A stretch of DNA of 64,000 bases from Squalus acanthias (lineage: Eukaryota). How positions within the stretch are numbered: the first letter of the stretch is position 1; each line of letters begins with the position of its first letter. The position numbers and the translations under genes are program-made. The stretch spans positions 124,808,001-124,872,000 of the forward strand of contig CM059432.1 of assembly GCA_030390025.1 (NCBI GenBank), in the 5' to 3' direction. Shown here in pieces: positions 53,905 to 63,862 of the stretch. Under the pieces are notes generated by a model. It had not been told where the DNA came from. It worked only from the letters and a program-made list of their open reading frames with translations, and ran no database searches.

Positions 53905-56900
53905 AGTAGAATTTAGGGAGTTAGGAGCCAAGCTAAAAAGTAGGACCTCGAAGGTAGTAATCTCTGGATTACTACCAGTGCCACGTGCTAGTAAGAGTAC
54001 AGAGAACAGGATAGTTAGGCTAAATACGTGGCTTGAGCAGTGGTGTAAGAGGGAGGGTTTTAAATTTTTGAGGCATTGGAACCAGTTTTGTGGTAGGTGT
54101 GACCTATACAAAAGGGACGGTCTACACCTGTGCAAAGATGGAACTGATGTTCTCGGGGTAATTTTTGATAAAGCAGTTCGGGAGCATTTAAACTAGTATG
54201 GCAGGGGGCTAGAAACCTATGTAGTGAAATAGAGGAAAGTGAAAGGCAGACAGAAATAAATGGTAAAAGGGTGAGGAACAAAAAACAAAGGGCCAAACCA
54301 ATTCATAAAAAATGTGAGCATAAAAAAAGCCTGAGGGTTTTATACCTTAATGCGAGAAGCATCAGGAACAAGGTAGATGAATTAGCTGTGGAAATAGAGG
54401 TTAATAATTATGATCTAATTGGGATTACGGAAACATGGTTGCAGGGTGAGCAGGGCTGGGAGCTTAACATACAAGGGTATTCAGTATTTAGGAAGGATCG
54501 ACAAAAAAGAAAGGGAGGAGGGGTAGCATTGCTGGTAAAAGAAGGGATAAATGCAATTGAAAGGAAGGATATTAACTCAGTTAATACAGAATCTATATGG
54601 GTGGAGCTAAGAAATAGCGAGGGGCGAAAAACATTAATAGGAGTGGTATATAGGCCTCCAAATAGTAAAATAGAGGTTGGGGAGGGCATCACGAGGGAAA
54701 TTAGAGAAGCGTGCAATAAGAGCACAGCTGTCATCATAGGTGACTTTAACTTACATATAGATTGGAATAGCCTAATCAGTAAAAATAATGAGGAGGAGGA
54801 ATTCCTTGAGTGTTTAAGGGATGGTTATCTGGATCAATATGTCGAGGAACCAACTCGGGAACAGGCTATATTGGACTGGGTACTGTGCAATGAGAAGGGA
54901 CTAATTAGTAATCTTGTTGTACGGGGACCCTTGGGTCAGAGCGATCATAACATGATCGATTTCTCACTCGAAATGGAGAGCGAAGAAATTGACTCAGATA
55001 CTAAGGTCCTGAATTTAAACAAGGGGAATTATGATGCCATTAGACGGGAACTGAGTAGGTCTGATTGGACAACGTTCCTGGGAGGACTGGAGGTAGATAA
55101 ACAATGGCAAGCATTTAAAGGTAGAATGACAAAATTGCAAAAATTGTTTATACCAATCTGGCATAAAAGGAAATCTAAAAAGGTGACTCAACCGTGGATA
55201 ACAGGGGAAATTAGAGACAGCATAAAATCCAAAGATAGGGCGTATAAATTAGCCAAAAAAAGCGCCAGAGCGGAAGATTGGGAACAGTTTAAGATAGAGC
55301 AAAGGAGGACAAAGGGCTTAATCAAGAGGGGCAAAATAGCTTACGAAAGCAAGCTGGCGGAAAATATAAAAACTAACTCCAAAAGCTTTTATAAGTATAT
55401 CAAGAGGAAAAGACTGGTGAAAACCAAAGTTGGCCCATTGCAGTCAGATACGGGGGAATATATAACGGGAAATAAAGAAATGGCAGACCAACTAAATGCA
55501 TACTTTGGGTCAGTCTTTACGAAGGAAGACACAAAAAACCTCCCTGGGATATCGGGAAAAATAGGGACATTTGCAAAGGAGGAACTGACGCAAGTCAATA
55601 TCTCTAAGGATATGGTGTTAAGGAAGCTAAAGGGATTGAAGGCGGACAAATCCCCAGGGCCTGATAACATGCATCCTAGGGTGCTGAAGGAGGTGGCCCT
55701 AGAGATAGCGGATGCACTAAGTATGATTTTTCAGAATTCATTAGACTCGGGAACAGTGCCCATGGATTGGAGGGTAGCTAACGTTACCCCACTATTCAAA
55801 AAGGGGGGTAGGGAAAAAGCAGGTAATTACAGACCTGTAAGCCTTACATCAGTTGTGGGCAAAATGCTGGAGTCCATCATTAAGGATGAAATAGCGGAGC
55901 ACTTAGCAAATGGGGACAGGATAGGACAGAGTCAACATGGATTTACAAAGGGTAAATCGTGCTTGACTAATCTATTGGAATTTTTTGAGGGAGTAACTGG
56001 TAAAATAGATGGGGGAGAGCCAGTAGATGTGGTGTACCTGGACTTCCAAAAGGCCTTCGATAAGGTCCCACATAAAAGATTAGCAGGGAAAATTGAAGCT
56101 CATGGGATAAAGGGGAAAGTATTGACGTGGATAGAGAACTGGCTGTCAGATAGAAAACAGAGAGTTGGAATAAACGGCTCATTTTCTGAATGGCTGGCAG
56201 TAACAAGTGGGGTACCACAGGGATCTGTCCTGGGTCCCCAGCTGTTCACAATTTACATTAATGACCTGGATCAGGGAGTCGGATGCAGCATTTCCAAATT
56301 TGCAGACGACACTAAACTAGGAGGAGGGGTGGGCTCAGAGGAGGAGACCAGGAAGCTCCAGAGCGATTTGGACAGACTGGGTGATTGGGCGGATAAATGG
56401 CAGATGCACTATAATGTGGACAAGTGCGAAGTTATCCACCTTGGGTGCAGGAACGGGAGGGCAAATTATTATTTAAATGGCAATAAATTGGGAGAGGGGG
56501 AAGTACAGAGAGACCTGGGTGTTCTTGTACACCAGTCACTGAAGGCGAGCATGCAGGTGCAACAGGCGATCAAGAAGGCAAACGGTATGCTGGCCTTCAT
56601 AGCAAAAGGGTTGGAATACAGGAACAGGGATACCTTGCTGCAGCTGTACAGGGCACTGGTGAGACCACAGCTCGAGTACTGTGTACAGTTTTGGTCGCCT
56701 CATCTGAGGAAAGATGTTCTTGCCATGGAGGGGGTGCAGCGGCGATTCACCAGGCTGATACCAGGAATGGCGGGATTGACCTATGAGGAGAGACTATGTA
56801 GTTTAGGGATGTACACACTGGAGTTTAGAAGATTGAGAGGGGACCTCATAGAAGTGTATAAAATTCTGACAGGTCTAGACAGACTAGATGCAGAAGGAAT

Positions 56901-57238
56901 GTTTCCCTTGGCGGGTGAGAACAGAACTAGAGGACATAATTTAAGGATAAGGGCTAAACCATTTAGGACAGAAATGAGGGGGAATTTCTTCACTCAGAGG
57001 GTGGTGAACCTGTGGAACTCATTGCCACAGAGGGCAGTGTACGCCAGCTCATTAAATATATTTAAGAGGGAATTAGATATATTTCTACAGGCAAAAGGGG
57101 TTAAGGGTTACGGAGAGAAGGCGGGGACGGGATACTGAATTGGAGGATCAGCCATGATCTCATTAAATGGCGGAGCAGGCTCGAAGGGCCGGATGGCCTA
57201 CTCCTGCTCCTATCTTCTATGTATCTATGTATCTATGT
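53905..57238 (+). mobile_element. Young CR1 LINE, truncated within ORF1, with intact ORF2
   Basis: ORF1 esterase C-terminus (LNTWLEQWC...DLYKRDGLHL, stop 54194-96), uninterrupted ORF2, tail (ctatgtat)n at ~57217-57238. Confidence 0.97.
54271..57138 (+). CDS. CR1 ORF2: APE endonuclease plus reverse transcriptase (955 aa; true start uncertain)
   Basis: YLNARS, GITETW, GDFN, SDHN (EN); [26 protein letters not shown] (RT); no internal stops. Confidence 0.95.
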   Translation: MRNKKQRAKPIHKKCEHKKSLRVLYLNARSIRNKVDELAVEIEVNNYDLIGITETWLQGEQGWELNIQGYSVFRKDRQKRKGGGVALLVKEGINAIERKDINSVNTESIWVELRNSEGRKTLIGVVYRPPNSKIEVGEGITREIREACNKSTAVIIGDFNLHIDWNSLISKNNEEEEFLECLRDGYLDQYVEEPTREQAILDWVLCNEKGLISNLVVRGPLGQSDHNMIDFSLEMESEEIDSDTKVLNLNKGNYDAIRRELSRSDWTTFLGGLEVDKQWQAFKGRMTKLQKLFIPIWHKRKSKKVTQPWITGEIRDSIKSKDRAYKLAKKSARAEDWEQFKIEQRRTKGLIKRGKIAYESKLAENIKTNSKSFYKYIKRKRLVKTKVGPLQSDTGEYITGNKEMADQLNAYFGSVFTKEDTKNLPGISGKIGTFAKEELTQVNISKDMVLRKLKGLKADKSPGPDNMHPRVLKEVALEIADALSMIFQNSLDSGTVPMDWRVANVTPLFKKGGREKAGNYRPVSLTSVVGKMLESIIKDEIAEHLANGDRIGQSQHGFTKGKSCLTNLLEFFEGVTGKIDGGEPVDVVYLDFQKAFDKVPHKRLAGKIEAHGIKGKVLTWIENWLSDRKQRVGINGSFSEWLAVTSGVPQGSVLGPQLFTIYINDLDQGVGCSISKFADDTKLGGGVGSEEETRKLQSDLDRLGDWADKWQMHYNVDKCEVIHLGCRNGRANYYLNGNKLGEGEVQRDLGVLVHQSLKASMQVQQAIKKANGMLAFIAKGLEYRNRDTLLQLYRALVRPQLEYCVQFWSPHLRKDVLAMEGVQRRFTRLIPGMAGLTYEERLCSLGMYTLEFRRLRGDLIEVYKILTGLDRLDAEGMFPLAGENRTRGHNLRIRAKPFRTEMRGNFFTQRVVNLWNSLPQRAVYASSLNIFKRELDIFLQAKGVKGYGEKAGTGY

Positions 57239-57399
57239 GAGACATGAAAGGCCAATATGCCTTTCATAAATCTGGAAACCATTGATTGTTTCCCATCTGC
57301 CATTCTCTGAAAAAGCAATTACATGAACTCAATGGGTTCGGTAGTATAGTGGTTATGTTACTGGACTAGTAATCTCAGAGGCTGGACTAATGATCCAGA

Positions 57400-58724
57400 G
57401 CCTCTTGCTGAGGAAACTACCACCTACCGCCCTTCCTCAGCTGATGAATCAGTACTCCTCCATGTTGAACACCACTTGGAAGAAGCACTGAGGGTAGCAA
57501 GGGCACAGAATGTTCTCTGGGTGGGGGACTTCAATGTCGATCACCAAGGGTGGCTCGGTAGCACCACTACTGACCGAGCTGGCCGATTCCTGAAGGACAC
57601 AGCTGCCAGACTGGGCCTGCGGCAGGTGATGAGATGAACCAACATGAGGGAAAAACTTACTTGACCTCGTCCTCACCAATCATGACAGTATTGGTAGCAG
57701 TGACCACTGCACAGTCCTTGTGGAGACGAAGTCCCGTCTTCACACTGAGGACACCCTCCATCGTGCTGTGTAGCACTACCACCGTGCTAAATGGGATAGA
57801 TTCAGAACAGATCTAGCAGCTCAAAACCATGAGGCGCTGTGGGCCATCAGCAGCAGCAGAATTGTATTCCAACACAATCTGTAATCATGGCTGGCATATC
57901 CCTCACTGTACCATTACTATCAAGCCAAGGGTCCAACCCTGGTTCAATAAGGAGTGTAGAAGAGCATGCCAGGTGCAGCACCAGGCGTACCTAAAAATGA
58001 GGTGCCAACCTGGTGAAGCTACAACACAGGACTACATGTATGCTAAACAGCGGAAGCACCATGCTAAAGACAGAGCTAAGCGATCCCACAATCAACGGAT
58101 CAAATCAAAGCTCTGCAGTCCTGCCACGTCCAGTCGTGAATGGTGGTGGACCATTAAACAACTAACGGGAGGAGGAGGCTCCATGAACATCCCCATCCTC
58201 AATGATGGTGGAGCCCAGCACGTAAAAGACAAGGCTGAAGCATTTGCAACCATCTTCAGCCAGAAGTGCCGAGTGGCTGATCCATCTCGACCTCCTCCCG
58301 AGGTCCCCACCATCACAGAAGCCAGTCTTCAGCCAATTCGAGTCGCGCCACGTGATATCAAGGAAAGGCTGAGCGGACTGGATACAGCAAAGACTGTGGG
58401 CCCCGACAACATCCCGGCTGTAGTGCTGAAGACTTGTGCTCCAGAACTAGCCGCGCCTCTAGCCAAGCTGTTCCAGTACAGATACAACACTGGCATCTAC
58501 CCAACAAAGTGGAAAATTGCCCAGGTATGTCCTGTCCACAAAAAGCAGGACAAATACAAACCAGCCAATTACTGCCCCATTGGTCTTCTCTCAATCATCA
58601 GCAAAATGATGGAAGGGGTCATCGACAGTGCTATCAAGCGGCACTTACTCACTAATAACCTGCTCACCAATGCTCAGTTTGGGTTCTGCCAGGACCACTC
58701 GGCTCCTGACTTCACTACAGCTTT
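57400..58724 (+). mobile_element. Decayed non-LTR retrotransposon fragment (EN end to RT start), a family distinct from the CR1 above
   Basis: WVGDFNV-like EN motif, PWFNKEC, GPDNIPAVVLKTCAPELAAPLAKLF and AQFGF; ends at the DeuSINE. Confidence 0.8.
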
Positions 58725-58866
58725 GTGTGTCAACTGTGGCTTAGTGGGTAGCACTCTCACCTCTGATTCAGCAAGTTATGGGTTCATGTCCCACTCCAGC
58801 GACTTAAACACAAAAATCTAGGCTAACATTCCAATGCAGTGCTGAGGGAGTGCTACACTGTCGGAG
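58725..58866 (+). mobile_element. SacSINE1-like DeuSINE, 5' part (split by the provirus)
   Basis: tRNA-like head tgtggcttagtgggtagcactctc...gggttcatgtccc, then gctgagggagtgctacactgtcggag. Confidence 0.85.
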
Positions 58867-60009
58867 TGAAGGGATAATTACTAGTCCTAGCCCCTTTAGG
58901 GCTACCCCGGATCAGGCATATTCCTCAGACATTCACTTTCAACTGAAGTTTGAGGTAGCCGAATCCTAAAGATGTTTAATTGGGTCTAAAGGTCCGGACT
59001 ATCTCTCCCTAAAGGAAAGGAACAACCTAAAAAGGTTACCGTCCTCCAGATAGCACTTTTAATAAGTTTAGCTAGACTGTAACGTTCCGGATATTATGAG
59101 GGTCCAGAAAACTCCCCCACAATTCTGCAACTCCTCACCAAAGAGTGTACAGAGATTGAGTTTGCGAGTTTGATACAGAAGTCTTATGTGAGACAATGCT
59201 AAAAATATATAGATTTATTAAAGAACTGACATGTAATTTACAGTTGGTGAGTCAATCGCAACATTAACAGTTCCAAAAAGAGAAAGCTTACAATTCTATT
59301 ATCAGAGAACTTTACTTTCAAATCTTAACTTTGCTACAATTTTACAGTTCTTAAAGTTCTATTCAGGATATCCACCTAAATCAAATACCTTTGATCCCCG
59401 AGGTACAAAGAGTTGGAGACTTACAGAGCCACCTCTGAAGCTGAGAATCGCTTTGCCCCTTTAAAGCGAGTCTGTTATCCCATTTGAGAGTTCAATATTT
59501 ATACCCTTTTCCAGTGGTATTTCCTTTAAGGTTTTCTGCTGATGTAAGCTAATTATCTCTAGTCATTTTTCTGCTGACCCCTGCAATTCTTACAGTCACC
59601 TCAGCTGGTAGCATTACAGAATTATGTCTCTTCTCTAGGTGTTCTAAGTTTACCATAAAAAACGGTGTAATGGCAGGTGTGTTTTACTTGATGTCATTTT
59701 TACGAAGGCAGATGTTTCTTACTTTTATGTGCTTCTTTACGAAGTGTAAATTAGAACACCTTGTACAGGGTGAACCATTGTTTCATTCCGAAAGGTTCAG
59801 ACTACCAGAGCCTTTAACCTTCTGTTTCAATAAGGTTATTGATTCAGTGTCAACAACTATCTTATCTCTATAGCCAGAATGCTTTCACAGCTTTTTCATA
59901 GTTAGGTTTCTAGATTTCTAAACCCAGTTTGTCATGTTTTAATAAGGCCAGAATTCTTTCATAGAATGGTGTATTTTTCTGAATAGGTTATATGGCTTAT
60001 TCCTTCACA
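58867..60009 (-). repeat. 3' LTR (1143 bp)
   Basis: Direct repeat of 62722-63862; on the - strand TATAAA at 59503-59498, GTAAGT at 59424-59419 and AATAAA at 59219-59214. Confidence 0.97.
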
Positions 60010-60020
60010 CACCCTTCTTG
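60010..60020 (-). promoter_or_regulatory. Polypurine tract
   Basis: Minus strand reads tttttt-ggtc-AAGAAGGG-tg immediately before the 3' LTR (TGTGAAGG). Confidence 0.7.
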
Positions 60021-60447
60021 ACCAAAAAATGAGCTCAAACATCAGGGCAGAGTTTGGTCAATGTTTCTAATAAGGTTGCAATAGTACATTAATTTCACGA
60101 GATTCACAATCATGTGCTACATGAAAATTCCTTTTAGTCATCCCAGGACAATGTTTTGCCTTATTTTAAATTGAACACAAATTAAAAGAATGATAGGTAT
60201 ATTGTCATGCAATTAGCGAAACAACATGTACTTAGAATGTCCAATTGGCAGAGGTACGTTCCGTAGAGGTGAGTTATTCATACGATTCAAGGAGACATCA
60301 TTTGGAACTGGCAGAAGCTTGACACACTATTCCATTGATCCAGCGTGAGGACAGATTCTTGTTTTCGTAAAGGCCTTGCCAGGAGCTCAGTTGATTCCTT
60401 CTCCATCCGTAGTGTTTTCCTCCTTCGTTGAAGTAACTCGTTGATCT

Positions 60448-62370
60448 TTACTTGGTTGTGGCTTTTTGTGAATCTAATTTCTGAGTCGTTGCCAAGCATC
60501 GTGTGGAGGAGTCGGCGACACCGTCTGGCTGACCGTCGTCAGTAGTTCGATCGTATCCTTTTCCTATGTCGTGCTCCAAGCTGGATCTTGAAAGACAGTG
60601 TACGACTGCACCTTGTATTGTTCCTCCATTTCGGTATCCCGCAGGACATCTTTTGAGATTGTCTATGGAGACAGTTTTAAGAATATGCTTGCCATTTAGC
60701 TGATTAATATGTATTTTAACTGTTCTTTTGTTAATAATGGAATGTATTTGAACAGGTTTTTTCCACTTAGGTCTTAAACCAGGTTTTTGCTCGAACTTCT
60801 TTTCCTGTACCCATTCTCCTGCTAGGGGTCGCTATGCTTTGTTCGTCAATTTTTTCTGCCTATTCGCCTCCCTTATCCTCTGATCAATTCGATGAATCTC
60901 CTCTGTTACTTCTTTTTTTTTAATCTATCTGTCATTGTCGGATCAAGGGATCAGAGAGTGTAGAGGCAATAAAAGAACCATGGGTAAGCGGTGTATGCAT
61001 CTCGACCCCATACATCAGATAATATGGAGTTTTAGGGGACACTGTCCTTGATGCAGATGTGGGCACATTATTAAGTGATAGCTGCACCTCCGGAATGACA
61101 GTGGTCCACTTATTCCCCCTGATTCTCAACAGTTTGACCAATAGCTTTATTACTTCCTGGTTTTTACGTTCCACCAGCCCCGCTGATTGTGGATGACGTG
61201 GTGTGCTGTGCTCTAACCCAATCCCCCTTTGTTCGCAGTAGTCTTTGAAGACCTTGGAGACAAAGGCTCTGCCTTGATTGGAGTGTAAGATTTTGGGTGC
61301 ACCAGCTACAGTAATTATGTCAGTAATAGCCCTGGCGCGTGCGTTTTCCAAAACAGTTTTTGTGGGGACCAGCCAGCAGAAGGAAGTGCATCCATCTACA
61401 CAAACGAGAACATGTCTGTATCCCAAAGACGGGGGAAGTGGTCCAATAAAGTCAATAAAGAATTTTCCCATTGGCTCATCAGCTTTCACAGGAGCCAATG
61501 GTGGTGGCTTAATTAGTGATGACTTATTGGTTAAATTGCATGGCTCACAATTTGCCACGTATGTTTTACAGGCCTTAAGCATGCCTGGCCACCAATATAA
61601 GGGAGTCAATTTGCAGAATGTTGTTCTGGCGCCACAATGTGCTTGACCTATGCCCTCGTGAGCTTCTTTTACAAGCTGTTCTCGTTTGTGTCTCGGGGCT
61701 ACTTCTCAGTTTCCCTTGGGCAACTTAACTAGCACAATACCAGTAGGGGTTTCCGAGTAAAAGTACTTTGATGGATATCCTGGTGGATTCTCTTTTGTTG
61801 GGTCTAATAGCTGAATCAGTTCCTCATCCTGATTAGCTGCCCGTTCTGCCCTAATGATAACATTAATATTGGCAGGCCCCTCTCGAGGGGGTGTCATGCA
61901 GATCGAACATTTTGCTTGTTAGTCTGCAAGACTGTTTCCTTTTGAGTGTACTGTCCCAGTGGTATGCCCGTTTACATGAATCACCTGACAATTCTGTTTC
62001 TCCATCCTCGAATGGAGAATGTCTTCCCACAATGACTTATGTTTTATGGGTTTACCCTTATGATTGGTAAAGTTTGTTTGTTCCCAGAAAACTAGATCTT
62101 GGTTATATCTTCTTTTACAATCGTCACTATCCGTACAGATTAATGTGGGTTTAATAGGGTCTGCCTTTTCTAAAGCATACCATAGTGCTGAGGCTTCAGC
62201 ATATTGCGCTGTCTTATGGCCAAGGGGTATGGACAGTAATTCTTCGGATAAAAAGAATAGGAATCTCGAAAAGTCCCTACTACTATCCCCATCCCAGCTG
62301 AGGATTGTTGGGATGTCCCTTTTTTAATCGTCATTGACAATCCATCAAAAATTATTACTTGGTCTTGTGG
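60448..62370 (-). pseudogene. pol: Foamy-virus pol remnant: RNase H plus full-length integrase with stops and frameshifts
   Basis: AGMGIV / SIPLGHKTAQYAE / TDS / FWEQTNFTNHKGKPIKH / HSKGNSLAD*; HHCC (AHEG, AHCG, CEPC); KFFIDFIGPLPPS, HSNQG, HPQSAGLVERKN; CTD VQEK..LRPKWKKP..KTVSIDNLK; premature stops at 61919, 61706 and 60932. Confidence 0.93.
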
Positions 62371-62701
62371 AGGTATAGGGATAGGATTATTTCCCCATAT
62401 AAAGCAATCATGTGAATTTCCTAATAAAAAGACTTGGCCAATTCCGACAGGGTTTGCCATTTTGAAAGGACCTAACCTCGGTTAGGGTTTAATATGAACT
62501 TTATAAGCAATTTCTAGACCTCAATGGTATATTGAGGGAGTTCTGATTTAAGTTCTACAAGGCCTGATCAGGGACTTGTCATCTCTAGAGACTTAAATCT
62601 GGGTCTTAGTACCACTGTCAGTAAAACACTCCTTCTATACTTAACAATCTACGAGATGGATATAGATATGAATATAAGTATAGGGTTCTGTATCAACTCG
62701 T

Positions 62702-62719
62702 GCCCCACGTTGGGCGCCA
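62702..62719 (-). promoter_or_regulatory. Primer-binding site, tRNA-Lys1,2
   Basis: Minus strand TGGCGCCCAACGTGGGGC, 2 nt after the 5' LTR end CA. Confidence 0.95.
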
Positions 62720-62721
62720 AC

Positions 62722-63862
62722 TGAAGGGGTAATTACTAGTCCTAGCCCCTTTAGGGCTACCCCGGATCAGGCGTATCCCTCAGACGTTCACTTTCAACTA
62801 AAGTTTGAGGTAGCCGAATCCTAAAGATGCTTAATTGGGTCTAAAGGTCCGGACTATCTCTCCCTAAAGGAAAGGAACAACCTGAAAATGTTACCATCCT
62901 CCAGATAGCACTTTTAATAAGTTTAGCTAGACTGTAATGTTCCGGATATTATGAGGGTCCAGAAAACTCCCCCACAATTCTGCAACTCCTCACCAAAGAG
63001 TGTACAGAGATTGAGTTTGCGAGTTTGATACAGAAGTCTTATGTGAGACAATTCTAAAAATATATAGATTTATTAAAGAACCAACATGTAATTTACAGTT
63101 GGTGAGTCAATTGCAACATTAACAGTTCCAAAAAGAGAAAGCTTACAATTCTATTATCAGAGAACCTTACTTTCAAATCTTAACTTCGCTACAGTTTTAC
63201 AGTTCTTAAAGTTCTATTCAGGATATCCACCTAAATCAAATACCTTTGATCCCCGATATACAAAGAGTTGGAAACTTACACAGCCACATCTGAAGCCGAG
63301 AATCGCTTTGCCCCTTTAAAGCGAGTCTGTTATCCCATTTGAGAGTTCAATATTTATACCCTTTTCCAGTGGTATTTCCTTTAAGGTTTTCTGCTGATGT
63401 AAGCTAATTATCTCTAGTCATTTTTCTGCTGACCCCTGCAATTCTTACAGTCACCTCAGCTGGTAGCATTACAGAATTATGTCTCTTCTCTAGGTGTTCT
63501 AAGTTTACCTTAAAAAACGGTGTAACGGCAGGTGTGTTTTACTTGATGTCATTTTTACGAAGGCAGATGTTTCTTACTTTTATGTGCTTCTTTACGAAGT
63601 GTAAATTAGAACACCTTGTACAGGGTGAACCATTGTTTCATTCCAAAAGGTTCAGACTACCGGAGCCTTTAACCTTCTGTTTCAATAAGGTTATTGATTC
63701 AGTGTCAACAACTATCTTATCTATAGCCAGAATGCTTTCACAGCTTTTTCATAGTTAGGTTTCTAGATTTCCAAACCCAGTTTGTCATGTTTTAATAAGG
63801 CCAGAATTCTTTCATAGAATGGTGTATTTTTTTAAATAGGTTATATGGCTTATTCCTTCACA
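62722..63862 (-). repeat. 5' LTR (1141 bp)
   Basis: About 30 substitutions and one 2-bp indel versus the 3' LTR by manual count; TATAAA 63358-63353, GTAAGT 63279-63274, AATAAA 63074-63069. Confidence 0.97.

Larger units (their letters stand above)
58867..63862 (-). mobile_element. Internally deleted endogenous foamy (spuma) retrovirus provirus
   Basis: Paired LTRs (TG...CA on the - strand), 4-bp TSD ggag (58863-66 and 63863-66), tRNA-Lys1,2 PBS, PPT, foamy-type RNase H and integrase. Confidence 0.93.

Noticed and set aside
59670..59873. ORF present in both LTRs (also 63534-63758) as an accessory or antisense gene
   Set aside because: It is short, antisense to the provirus, has different start and end points in the two LTRs and shows no recognisable motif. 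Its duplication just reflects LTR identity.
60448..61900. Central PPT duplicate inside integrase, as in PFV
   Set aside because: No exact copy of AAGAAGGG was seen on the - strand; only loose purine-rich stretches.
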